A DNA stretch of 55,467 nt, filler included, from Dimargaris cristalligena (Eukaryota), in assembly GCA_003614675.1 (NCBI GenBank). It is 2 parts of 2 records of this genome, joined end to end, with 100 filler letters (N's around TTAATTAATTAA, not from the genome) between each part and the next. Parts side by side here need not be neighbours in the genome. Positions count along the whole stretch, not along the records: positions 27,802 to 55,467 come from ML002513.1; 1 more part is not named here. One strand, given 5' to 3'. Below are positions 34,716-47,527 of the stretch, piece after piece. Position 1 is the first letter of the stretch. Each line of letters starts with the position of its first letter. Below the pieces are notes generated by a model. That model worked only from the letters and a program-made list of their open reading frames with translations. It was not told the origin of the DNA and searched no databases. A program made the translations under genes and the position numbers.

Positions 34716-35699
34716 CTAAAGGAACGGGGAAAGGGTTAGTAGGAGTGGGGGGACAGTCTCTTTAGCCGAAAAAATAATAAGTGCAGGTGCCATACGTACT
34801 AACGCAGCACACCACCATAAAGGGACAGACTAGGTAGATAAGTAATAACAATGAGGAGAGGGGTTGGGCGTTTTTAGGGTATTTAGGGAGTAGCGCTTAA
34901 TGTTAGGGCCTGAGAGGAAAGCGAGGTTAGCTGGGATGAAGAAAGGGGGGCAGTGGATGCGATGTGGTATATATAAACAACAAAAGAAGGCGGAGGAGAG
35001 AGAGAGGGAAGAGGAACACTTTGATGATAGTGGTGATAAGTACAACAAAGGGGAAATAATGGAGCCGGACGAAACACTAATGGCGGGAAGAGGAGAAGGC
35101 TGGGCGGAGGGAAAGCGGGATGGCCTAGGGCTGGGTGCTTGGTTCAGTCAACCAATGAAAACACTTGACTGGGGAAGGACCACGCAAGGGGGATCAGGCT
35201 GATGAGGATAGATAGGAGGCACAATAAGGGGAGGATGATGGACCGACCACTGGTAGACTGGTAAATGAATACGGCACAAATCGCTCCGAGTGGCTATAAT
35301 TAATATACGGCAGAGTCCCATTATTATTATCAACCCAGGCAATTTTTGGACCCAAGAGTGGGAGAAAACGAGGGGCAAAAGTGTGTGAGGAGGTAGGTAG
35401 ATGGATGAAGGGCGGTTAGTGGTGGAAATGGGGGAGGATGGGCACAGCACGTAATAAATAATACTGCTATTGTGTGTGTTTTGGGCGGGTAGGGAAATAA
35501 ACCAGGCCCGCCCACGCCTTTTTCCCTGTCTTGCGCAATATCCCCTCCCTTATTCACTAGTGTGGCACTAATATGGCCCGCCCATTTACAGTTGGTCCGA
35601 CTACCCCATCCATCAGTGTGGACAAGCCGGCCGTATTGACGAAATAGGCAATGTAATTAATTAACCTTAAAGAATAGAGAGAAAGATATATGGACTTAC

Positions 35700-36003
35700 C
35701 TGTAACGGCTATTCGCTAATTTAGGTTCTGTAGTAACGAGAAGGATGACTAAGTTCAGTGCTTTTAACCAGGTGTGAGGGGTGCGCAGATACACTAATGG
35801 AGGAATGGGAGGTTTACATTCAATACGGTGGGTGGTTGTTAGCAGGAAGAACAACACAGGAGCAACCGGGAAAAAGGTAGAAAAGGAAGGAGTGGCAGTG
35901 AATAGCCGCGACAGTAGGAATAATCAAACTGGGTAGTAGTGGCTAAAGGACTAGAGAGAAAGAGCTAGGCTAGCTGGGGGGGATGGGCCTCTCCTTATAT
36001 ATA
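35700..36003 (-). promoter_or_regulatory. Putative proximal promoter (TATATATAAG 36003-35994) and non-coding first exon ending at CAG|GTAAGT
   Basis: TATA-like element, CT-rich leader and a consensus donor at 35699. The only AUG in the exon is a start-stop ATGTAA at 35819-35814. Confidence 0.5.
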
Positions 36004-36975
36004 CATGCATATAAAGGTCGCGTGGCAGTGTATGCATATATGCCTGAAAAAAAATAGGCCGGAGTTTGAGCCACCCGGAGGGCAATGCAGTCAGAGAAGA
36101 GACCTCTCTCTCTATACGCGATGATGAGCTGATAGGCGCGTGTTGGCTGAAGATGGCCCAGCAGCCCTTTAATCAGTTGAAAAGGTGTCTTAAGGTAGGG
36201 GAAATCCGGCGAAGGGACCGTAGGTTAAGCCCTCGATAACTAACGAAGGGCCATCGCAGGGTGCCACAGTGCGTAACTAGGGATTATTTCAGCACCAGCC
36301 AACGCCCGCCAGTGCTCCCTAGGTGCTACTACCAGGCCGCGACGATGGTTGCACCCATTCAACAGTCCCAAGTACAGGCCATGCTAATAATCAACCCCCC
36401 CTTCGTCACTGCCACACGCAAGAAGGCCAGTAGAATGGGTCCTTCGAATAGGACAGTATAGACCACAGAGACTACCTACCACCCCTCAGATTAATAGTGG
36501 AGTGGCCAGTCACAGCCGATAAGGGGAGGGGGATTACTACTAGCAGCAGCAACAGCAGTAGACACTGGGGGAGGGGTTTTTCTAAACAGAAGCTAACGTG
36601 CAGAAAAGAAGAGCCTCTCTCCCCTTGTCCTTCGCTATCCCAGCCGTCAAAACGCATCTCGGACCTTCCCCTGTGCAGAATTGCACTTTGGACCCCCCAA
36701 AGGATTCCGGCCCCTCCCTTGGGTTTCTAGTTCAAAACCCGTCCGGGGAAGCGCCAGCAATCAGCATTGATGACATTCAGGGGAGACGGATCAAGTAATA
36801 GGGATGAATAGTAACAGTAGTTGACCATATCGCCTACGCTTTCCACTCTCCCCTCCTCTACACGGATCACCGGTGCGGTGCTACTAACCGCCCCATCACA
36901 CTGTATTTGGCCAATCCCCCAGCTACCAAAACTCCTCACCCAACGCCAAAATATCCGATAAATAAAAGGACTTAC

Positions 36976-37902
36976 CGAGTGTAAAATGTAAAGTAATATT
37001 CGAAAATAGGCAGTAGTGGTTGGACCGGGCTGTTTCGAAAGATGGTGGTGACTCTCGGATATAGATAGGGTGGTGTTCCAGTAGGTGGACAAACCGCCGA
37101 ACTTAGAGGCTACGAAGGAATTAGTTCTCGGTAAGTGGGTGGTGGGATTCTTCTACTCTACGTTGGTAAGGTTGTGGTGGGCCTCCGGAGAAGATCCAAT
37201 GGTAGCTTACACAGATCAAGCACGAGTGAAATAATAGGTGAAGAAAGGGCCACGTTTCCACGTGAGTGTGGGGTTCGACAGGCTACTACTAGTAAGTGAT
37301 TCAAAGGCTGCTTAGGCTAAAAATAAACGGGTGTGCAGACTATTTCTTAAAGAACTAAAAAAGCAACAATGAAACGGGCGCTGAGAATAGTAAATTTTCG
37401 GATGTGGGTATGACTAGGTCACCTACGTAGCCCTCGTTAATCGTATACGGCGGAGTTCCCAGTATTAAGATGAAAAAGAAGCAGTAGACGACTGTCGGAG
37501 GAACTGTGTAAGTGAATGGAACCCGGGGCTAAGGGGTACTTAGGGGACCGGCAATCCGAAACGAAGGACTGATCCGGTAGATAATATATATATATAAAAC
37601 TGATTACGGCGCAGTATTAAGGGGATAGCGGAAAATAGGGGCTACCAGGTGGAACAGAAATGCTAAAAACACAATATTATCCCGGTAAGTGTAGACGAAC
37701 AGAGAACCTGAACTTCACGAACAATATCTCGAACACAAATGAAGGATTTAAACCGAAATGACAATGACAATGATAACGATTTTTGGTAATAGTAGTAATA
37801 CTAAGATGCGGGCAGTCAGAGCAATTACGATGTAATTATACAATTAAGTTGGAGTATAGGAGTTGGTTTTAAATCCAGAGAACACCCACCCACCTTTATA
37901 TA
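36976..37902 (-). promoter_or_regulatory. Putative distal promoter (TATATAAAG 37902-37894) and ~0.9-kb AUG-free first exon ending at G|GTAAGT
   Basis: No minus-strand ATG from 36897 to 37981. Donor at 36975, with ATGs reappearing shortly inside the putative intron (36896, 36828). Confidence 0.5.
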
Positions 37903-38730
37903 CAAACTGGGTAACGTGTTGGATATCCTGCCTCAGGCACGGTGGCCGCAGTTTTAAAACCCTGCCCGTTTTTCCCTGCACCATTATCACACTTTCCCTG
38001 AGCATCCTGTTTAGCTTATTCCCTTTAGATTTTCGGGGTTATTACTGTGGCATGTTTTTTTTACAAACAGCTCGTTGTCGTCATTGTTTAGGATGTTTCA
38101 TGGCCACAGTGGGCAGATTCATCCACCACCAGTTGACCTTAATATTAGTTCATATTTCCTGGATTAACCGTTATATGTAGGCCCCTCCCGATAATAACGC
38201 TGGGATGGGTGGTGTGGATGCAAGCACCGCTAGTTGGAGGGGCGGAAAGATAGGCGGGTATTTTGAACTCAGCATACTCTTGCCCGGTTGGTAATTAATT
38301 CACTGGATTTCCACGTAGCGTTGGCCACTTAACCGCCACCTCTGCTTCTGTCGAAGAAAAAGAAGGAAGGGTTTACTGGTGAGAAGTTAACCGATCCACC
38401 TAGGCATTATCACTTGAACAGCAATAACCTCATACACTTATTCCACCGCAGTAGTTGGTCGAGTGTCCCCTCAATATATGGCAGACCCTCACGCACGTCC
38501 TACCACTTCCTACTGTTCCCAATTGTAGTCGCTAGTTAGAGAGATAGATAGAGTGAGAGAAGGGCAGGTGAAATCCGCCAACGAGAGACCTCCACGCACC
38601 ACTAGAGGAACCCTCACATTCAATGGTATTCAAATATGTTTATTATTTAGACATGGGTATTATATCCCTTTAGGAAGCGACGGGAAGGCACCATGGGCAT
38701 GTGACCTATGCTGTGGAACCGGCCTCTTCT

Positions 38731-38845
38731 ATTGAGGACTGTGGCCCTCTCCATTGGAACCGTTAAAACAACCACGGTGGCGGTTACTGTCGCACCAACT
38801 GTGATTGGCCTACAAACGATTGTAATGGAGAGGCCTTTATTCAAT
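38731..38845. repeat. Intergenic imperfect inverted repeat / long hairpin
   Basis: GGCCcTCTCCATT 38743-38755 pairs with AATGGAGAGGCC 38824-38835, with an outer ATTGA/TCAAT pair and an inner CAACCACGGT/ACTGTGATTG pair. Confidence 0.5.
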
Positions 38846-41800
38846 CTCAGTTTTCATTCCCCTGTGCCAGTCTTTTACTCTGCCCTCGCCTCTTCTACAG
38901 TAAAACCAATTGAATTAATTTCCCAATAGAGGCCGTTTTGGTGTATTGTTTAAACTAACCATCCTCACCTGATTTGGAGGTCTAATCCCTGAACCTTCAT
39001 TGACGTACTCTGGAATGCCGTTTACCAATAATCCATACTCTCTCCTCGAGCGAGTCCGCCAATTATTATAGGGCAAGATTCGTCACAGAGACTTGGCTTG
39101 GCCTGTCTCCTCTTTTACTCCGGCTTGCCGCTCAGCTGAGACACTTAGGAATTCACATCGATGCCGAAAAAGATACAGGGAAATGGGCGATCCGTGCCAA
39201 CTATGCTACGAGCCAGGTCTGGCATAGGAGAGGGGTATTGCGAAGGGACACGCGTGATCGGGAACCTTTATTCGGGCAATTGGACTGACTTTCCGTTGGG
39301 TCGGGTTGATATTTCGGCCTTGGTGCTTTCTGGACTATCTATTGTCCCTAGGTAGGATATATGCCTGGGAATCGGACCGGCCAGAGATTTCGCTGCTGTT
39401 TTTAGCGGCCATCTGCCCGTCCACCATGAGAATGTATTCCTGCGCCCATTATACAACTGGTTGTCAATGCGCGGTGGGAAGCAACGCACGGCTGGTTGGT
39501 TAGTGCAAAAACTTCATCACCGACTCCTCCGTAGGATGCGAAATTGGCCATTTCTTTTTCGGCCACCAAAAATATAATCCCAATCTCATTGATACCGGGG
39601 TAGGCTGGCATTGTTGGATGGTCTGGTTAACATGATTTTCCGAGTAAGCGGGATCAGCCAACACTGTCCACTGTGAGTGATTTAATACCGGGTTGGAGAC
39701 GCAGGGTGAAGCCACTCCTAGTTTGGGCAGGATAATTTTCCGCAGAACACATCTATGGAACATTGGCCTTTTTTGATACTTTTTTTCTTGAATAATAAAT
39801 AATAAAATACGGAGGACTGGAGAGTCGAGGAGCACTGGTCATTACAGAGATGGACGTCGGGTTTATTGGTGGGCGGCGGGGTCTTTCGGAGGTCCTCTAA
39901 AGTCCGAGATACACGAGAGGATAGTAATGGCACCATTGGTAAGCCACGCGCGTGTGTATATTCTGGTGGAGAGTACCAGAGGCTCATAAAACCACCTTTA
40001 ACGATACGAGGTGATAGTCGAGTTCTATTCTGCCCAGAGCAAGTAAAGCGGGCCGATGATGGCTATTCCCACCGGATCCACTTAAAACAACAGCAGCCCT
40101 TACTAAAACGGTGACCACTCACCGGTCGCCATGGGATAACGTGCCTCCCTTCTTTGGCCTAAATCACCCGTTAAGCTAAAAGGATTGCGATGATGGGGCA
40201 CATCAATAGGTGGAAAAGAGACCTATCCATATTCCTCTGGGGCCACCTGATTGGTACAGTCGGGCCTATCCCAAACTTATCTACGTTGCTTACTTCATCT
40301 GCCTGTTTTGGGTGGTCGTCCCTAATATTACTTCTGGGTTTTCTGGGTGCCTACTGGTAAAGGAAAGGGCGGGAATGCGGGTTACATAACGGAGCCTCAA
40401 TCCAAACAAGAAAATGCCAGCTTAATAAGCCCTGCCCAATAGAGCGAGCACTTCAACCGGTTCCTCTTCCTATACAGGCGCCACCCTTTCGCTCTCTCAT
40501 CCTCATATTTTCAACGGACCAAAGGGCCAATGATAGTGGGGGGGGGCAGGATTCATTATTATCTAAGCATCGCGGACATCTATTGGACCAGCATTATTAT
40601 CCTATACGGGACGCATGTCCCTTTATTACCTCCGAGTTTCAGCCGCCTACTTCCCTCCGTTAAGAAGTCGCGGTACAGAGGGCAGATGTCCATCCGGCCC
40701 GATTTACTATGTGTTTGTCCATATACCACAACCAAGCCCGCCGGGTCTAGCCGGATCAGGCCTAAAGCCACCATGCGGTGTTTCTGGCCCACCCAAGCCC
40801 AGGGAAACCCCGAGGCCCCAAACCACCTGCGAATTCAAGGCATAGAATATGCTGTCTGAGGTGGTGTTGCCGTGTGCCCTAATATTTGGCCGTTCTGGAA
40901 CGCCCGGGGGGGGGGGTTTAAAAAAATAAAATCTATACTAAACCAAAGGACCAATATCCGTATAAAGTAGTGTATTGCTTTACGAGTTCTCGCCAACCTC
41001 TCACTGTGTAAGCCAAATGTTGATTCTACTAACCCCACAACCCCCATTTGGGCAATGGCCTCATCTAAATAAGTCACATGCACCTCACTGGTTTGCCGTT
41101 TGGGCTACCTCATCAAAACAATACCCACATTATCTACTCTTACAGATTTGGGTATCCCCCCCATATGATCTTTCGAAAATATTCCACCATTAAACAGGGC
41201 AACAGGGTAGCACAGTGTGTGCCGAAATGGCAATACTAACGCATGGCCAGGTCCGTTGACTTTACTATCCATATCATCTGATCAGTGATGTCTACACACT
41301 GTTTTGGTCTACCTACGATTCCCAAGATTCATAGCCAACCGTCCCTTTCGACTTGGGCCAAAGCGATTTTCTCCGAATATATGGCTGGTATTGATTAGCA
41401 ATGTCAGTCGCTAATGAGGTCCATGCACTTGCCTTTTTTTTTCAATGGTCTTCCATCAAAACAGCGTAAAAAACTGATCAATGCCCAGTAGCTGCTTTGT
41501 GATTGTTGGTAGCCGTCATTACCCTACTGTCATTGAGTACACATACCGCTATGCTGCAATCGCCAAGGCTGCACTATGCGTACCCAGGCGGAAATGGCGT
41601 ATAAGGAATATTAGGCAACCTCCTTTAGTGGCCTCAGTATAACATCCTTGTTAAACTATTAGGCGGTAGGTGCAACATACGTCATTGAGTGGGTGTAATG
41701 GCTGCTGAATTTCGAATAGTCAGCGCCAGCGCCTTACCTACCCGGTGCCACCCTCGAAGGTTGGGGCTATTGGCTGTATCATAGTGGTTGTAAATTGAGC

Positions 41801-42125
41801 TTCACCGATACAGAGCGATAAAGTATAGCGAATAAAACGGCGGCAAAATTCCGAGAGCACGAATCCAAATGACTCAATACGATACGTGGCGATTTTTTTA
41901 TATCTTCTTTTTAAACCACATCACACGTATAGGTTGATGGGGAGAGTATCTGATGAAACAACCAGTGGGGTTCATGTAGAGTGAAGGAGAAGTAAAAAGT
42001 TAATGGCATTAAGTGCAGGACCAGTAGAGGTAAAGGGTGTTTCATGGTACCGGCGCCGCAAGGATCTTCCTACTTTTACCGAGCCAATGGTTCGGCCCAT
42101 GGAAGACGTAATTTCGACGGTGTTT

Positions 42126-43787
42126 TTATTTCGCGGACACGGCTTTTTCAGCTTCATTGTAGGCACCAATCAACTTAGCCAGAGATTCCCCAATGATACT
42201 GGGCTATTGGGAAATATAGGACTGTGTGGTACAATCGTCTCATCGTCATTGTTTTCCTTTTGCAGTGAGGACTCGGTTGCAGTGGCCAGGCTAAACATAC
42301 TAATTTAATCAAATAGACGCCCTTGAGATCGTAGTGGTCTATAATCGCTTTAGCTTTATAAAACGTGTCGTTTTCGTTGAATTTAAGGCCTGTGATGAAG
42401 CATCTTTAGAGGGCGGTGAAACACGTGGACTGTGCGTTGAAGGCGTGTGGCCCATTCGGTACATTGGTTGTCAGATGTTTGGGAAATTTCACTGGCATGA
42501 GGTTCCCAATGGGCTCGTGGTTGTGCCACTTGGGAATTTAAATAACAATTCCCACTAATGTGAGCTATATTTGAAGACCGAACCACCTGTTAGAGTGAGC
42601 CTGATATTATTCCATACTCATGAACATAGCGACCAGTCGGAATCCGTATACTTACTGGTTGAATTCTACTGATATGTTACAGGTAAATAGGACATGCCAC
42701 ATGGTCCAACATTTCCAACAATGAAACCAAAATAGCAGCACATACCTATGCTAGTTCAAGATGCGAAATTCCGTTTCTTACTGCCTACCCCAGCTGGATC
42801 ACAGGGACCGAATATTCTTGCATAGATTTCATCATAATGGAAGAAGAACCCGGTAATTACTGCCACCCGCCCATCTCGTCGATTGTAGCCCCCTACCTGG
42901 CGCTACTATACTGGAGGTTGGTAAACCAAGGTGGATGATAGTCAGTGCTCAGTTGAAGCCCATGTCTACGGTCAAAGTTGTGGCGTTTAATGTGGAACGC
43001 CAACATAAAAAAACAGCTGCTAATGTATATACGTATCGATGGGTCAGTTGTATTTGTATATTTCAATTCCAACTCCAGTTGTCCCGAATTTGATTGCTGG
43101 GAATACATTTGCGGCTCATATACCAAGGCATCACTATGATGCTTCCAACTACACTTCACAGTGACTCATGCGATTTTAAATGTTTAGCCAAAGTTACACA
43201 GATATATACCTCCAAGGGAGTTATCGGACCCAATTTGGCAACATCGGTATTTTTTTGTAGGCACATGATCCCACGAACCAGCGGAACTACGGATAAGATT
43301 TCCGTTGACTTTACTCTTTCCGGGGAGAACATAGCGATTAAATCCGGATTCTTTGAGTATATTTCTGTCCACCTGTACTTGGTAATTCGGCTCTTTAGGT
43401 CCGCGGAACTCCTCTTGCGGCCACGGGCGAGTCGGAGTCGGTTAATCCTTCTCAGTATCTGAAACATCGATAAAATAGAAACACTACTTAAATTCAATCA
43501 CCGAACAGGTGGTTTGGATCATTTTGGGAATGGAGGCAGGAGGGGTGTAATGTGGAGTGGGCTAGCATGTAGTGCATTAGGAGTACCCAATGGGTTTTAA
43601 CTGGTGGGTCTACTTCTGACAGCACGTAATTTAGTGGGCAGCTTACCTCCCTAATGCAGTCTGGACGTGGATAAAGTTTGACGTTAGTTAATCGATTTAA
43701 GAATAGCCGCAGGAGAGACCGAATTTGGAAAATTTCCACGCAAGGGCGGTTGGAAGAAACCTTAAACGGTTCCTCTGATAACCGCAT
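42126..43787 (-). pseudogene. Possible cryptic or decaying multi-exon gene
   Basis: Two phase-compatible exon chains: 43787-43647/43458-43210/43096-43033 and 42586-42463/42389-42301/42203-42126. I could not join them without stops near 42905. No firm homology. Confidence 0.25.
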
Positions 43788-46700
43788 TCTTCTATCCTGG
43801 CTCTAAGATGATTCTGGTAAGTTCGGCGAAGTCCTGGAGAAAAAGTGGAAAATGACTCAGCGCGTCGATTACTTAATGGTATTTTGGTGTTTGATGGCAT
43901 GTTTCTAACAACCTTTTGTTTAATTGATAGTTTTTGGCAGATTTCGCCTTTTGCCAAGAAAATTTGACAAACAGGTATTATTGAATACAACTGACCTAAC
44001 CACTACTACTCTATAATTTTGTAACTTGCTCTAATAATATGATATTGTCGGATATTCATTGCTAGGCTATATAGCAGGATCTTAGTAGTCAGGTTGCAAT
44101 ACTTATACAGGGCTTATTACTATCGGCATTATCGCTGATAGGGAAACCTCTTCCGTTTACGGTCGTTAAGTCATGGGGGTATAAGATGTAATGATTGTTA
44201 TCCGGGAACCACATTAGGCCAGGGATAATAGGGTGACAGTCACCCTTCTTTTGAGGCTGATCCCTTCGCTCCTCTCCTTTTGGATATATACCTCTCAGGT
44301 GCTCTCCAGTAGGATGCCTACCCTCCACCAATAGCACTCTGATCCCTGACCTTAGAGGTTGTAAATTTGAGAAGCCTCTAACGGCATAACCTATTAGCAC
44401 CGCTATAATTTAGGGTACTTATTTACTTAAATGGGGAGGCGGGGGGTACGTCTAAATTAACAGCAACTCCACCCCACCCTCTTTTACCTTCGCCAACCCC
44501 ACTGTCGTTAATAACCCCGAAATCCAGCTGAGCTTGTCGCGCAGACTGCCTATATCCCTCCTGGTCTAATCAAGTGTGGGGTGGGTAAGCGGACGGGGCT
44601 TATCATTGTAGTATAGACTTGCTCCCGCCTCTTTGTTGAACCACAACTTCAAGTCAATGTTTTGGTAAATGTTTAGGCGGTTCCACACACACACATGGAG
44701 ATTCCGTCATTAGCATAATACACGTAATGCTAATTGGGTGAGCGAGTAACCCCACCACCAACCATCCTTGTTTCTCCTTCCCCCTCACCCAGTCACAGAA
44801 GACCACCCTCGTCTGGAATAAGTTTGAGCCGTCGCCATGAGACCCCGAGGTCAAACCAAAGGAAGTGTATGTTGAAAGTATGAGGGAAAAAGTATACTTG
44901 TTTCCGTTTCCCCCTGAGTGGCGGAGCCTGTGAAGGTCATGGCTGTTCTACCATATACGCCAATTATTAGTTTCAAGGTATATCCCCCCGTCTCACTATT
45001 GATCGTTTGATCACTTTCTAAGTCCATTAAAGTCGACTGGAGTACTACTAATATCCATCGCTAAAAAAATGGAATTATAGAAATATGGTTTAATGTAAAA
45101 GGCAACGTGATTACGGGTGCCAAGAAATGGGTGCTGCAACTTAAAGCAGCCCCCTTCTATTTGTCGCTAAAGCCGCGTCGGTCGCTTAATCCGTTTAGCC
45201 GATCACATGGATATTCGAATGGGGTTCGAATAGGGAGAGATGGGGGTTTCTTGCAATATGTATCGTATAACAGGGTTAACCGTCCCGTCCCGTGCCCTCC
45301 CTTCCCCACCTCACATTTCCCCCAACTATTTTTTTTTAGGTCCGTAATTGATGTAGCCATCCTCGCGCGTGAAGATCGTGATAACCCACATGTTATCGTT
45401 CATAAGCAAATATTTCAGTTCACACTTTGGAATTATATTACCTTAAAGATTGAGCTGATTACAACCCCCTCACCTCTTACGGACCTAAGTTCCACGCCTC
45501 AATTGTTGTCGGAACCTGGCTGGTCAAATGTCTACTTACTTGTATTTCACTTTACTTGCCAGCACCCTCCGACTGCGTTGTGCTATTGATGGGGGGTGAT
45601 GTGAAGGGGGAATGGATAAATACTATGCATATTACACGCCTTTAGCCTCCATCCCAAATACATTTCTGTTGATATACAATAGTTGATATATCAAGCTGTT
45701 AAACGTTTTCCCAGCCATTGCAAAGTGATGACCGGACCTTGGCTTGACAAATAGGGTAATTATTTATATGGCGTATAGGTTCATTCATGTTAGCCATGCA
45801 TATTTGACCCAACAACGATAGCAAATCCGCAATTGGTATTTCGTCGGGCTGGTGAAGGGAACATTAGGAGAGGAGTAGGCATTATATTCGATTCTTGATC
45901 GGCGATGTAAAGCAGTACGTCTGAAAGATTAGGGTTCTCATTTGTGGTGATCGTGGCCACCTGGTGTCCAGGTGTTTGCAGCCCATTGTTAGTGATACAA
46001 TTCCGGGGTAGGAGGGGCAGGGGGTATAGTAATGGTGATACTTCTCCACCCTCCCCTATATCCCTCCCTTCCCTAGCTCACCATCCCATTACCTAAAATG
46101 AATTTCAGAGTGAAACCAGTCGGCATTAATGGCTCAAGAAGTAGAAAGGTATGGTAGTCATCCATCACGTTGACTTTGGCCCCTGATAACCCCCCAAAGC
46201 TTTATTTTGAGCTACGCGTACTTTCCCTATACGAGCCCATACAGTCGACGCGGTCTTGAGTAAATGAGGTTTTTTGGGTATCTAAACATCGAATACCTAT
46301 TATATCCAATGGTGAACTCGCTAATCTATTATCCACATCCATTTCATCCGAATAGATTAGGCGTCGGCATTCCGGTCCTTAAAGAATCTTTCTTAAATGG
46401 GTCCAGCCTCTCAACCTCAAACCACTGTACGAGGTATAAGCCCCTGTGGATACACGATAAAACATAGTGTTGATGTATATTGGCATTTACTACGTTTTAA
46501 GCCTGCAGGTGGTTTTTTGGGGGGCTTTATAGATCGGTTGAACTTGCCGATACGTTTGACGACCTAAATCAGCCGTCCGTATCAACCTGAAGGGCCCCTG
46601 ACATACTAATTATTATCCAAAGGGAAATACGCATGGTTTAGGTAGATGTGGGGGACAGCCGTACCACACTACTACTATGCCTGTTGGCCATTGTTCTCTC

Positions 46701-47527
46701 CCAACATGCCTATACCTCAGACGTGGTAATTTTCCCATTCATATCGTATCACAGCTATGTTGTTTTGGCTACATCTTCTCCCGTGTCTAAGTGGCAGGTG
46801 ATAGGTGATAGGTTGAAGAGGAGGAAGTGGGCGGAGATGTGGGCTGGGGGTCCACTAAGCCATTCGTCCACTCAATTGGGAAGTCGATAGCGCCGGTTTT
46901 GGATATCGCCAATGAACGTGTACAAATTATACCCCTAACCCCGCCCTTTTTTCACGTTGATGAGAGAGATAAACCAATCGAGACCCGTACGATGGGGCGG
47001 GTAGTACATTCCCGAATTAAATATTGTCATTAGGATTGCCGTTGCCAACGAATTTAGTGTGCTGTGATGGCGGTTTACCCTAGCTATAGCCAACGTCGGT
47101 CAATTATATCTATTAGATTAGGAGGAGAGGCATCTCTTGTAGCTCACAAAGCACATTGTCCCTTCCTTCCATCTCGCCCGAACGAGGAGTCTCTACGCAA
47201 TTCCCAAGCCGTGTCTGCTCTACGTCAGCGTGATAGACGAAAAAAGCAGGTTGGCAAAAAGAACGCCAAGGAGGAGGAGGATAGTGGCTGTCATCCACGT
47301 ATGTAACCAGCCCTACAGCCCGCCCTCCCTGTGTATATATATTGGGTTTCACTTCGGACTTGTCGTTTTTGTTTTTTGTTCCAACATTTATCCCTATTTT
47401 TCGGGTTATTATTCGTCTAAGTGACCAGCATCCGTTGCTTTTCCAGACTTTGCCTTGCTCTCCCCCCCCCCTCCTATCGCCATTTCCCGTGTACCCAAAC
47501 GTACCCCCGTTCTACACTAAACACACC

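Noticed and set aside
37262-37285. GGTTCGA T-loop-like motif (also at 45223)
   Set aside because: No T-stem or cloverleaf pairing around it, so not a tRNA.
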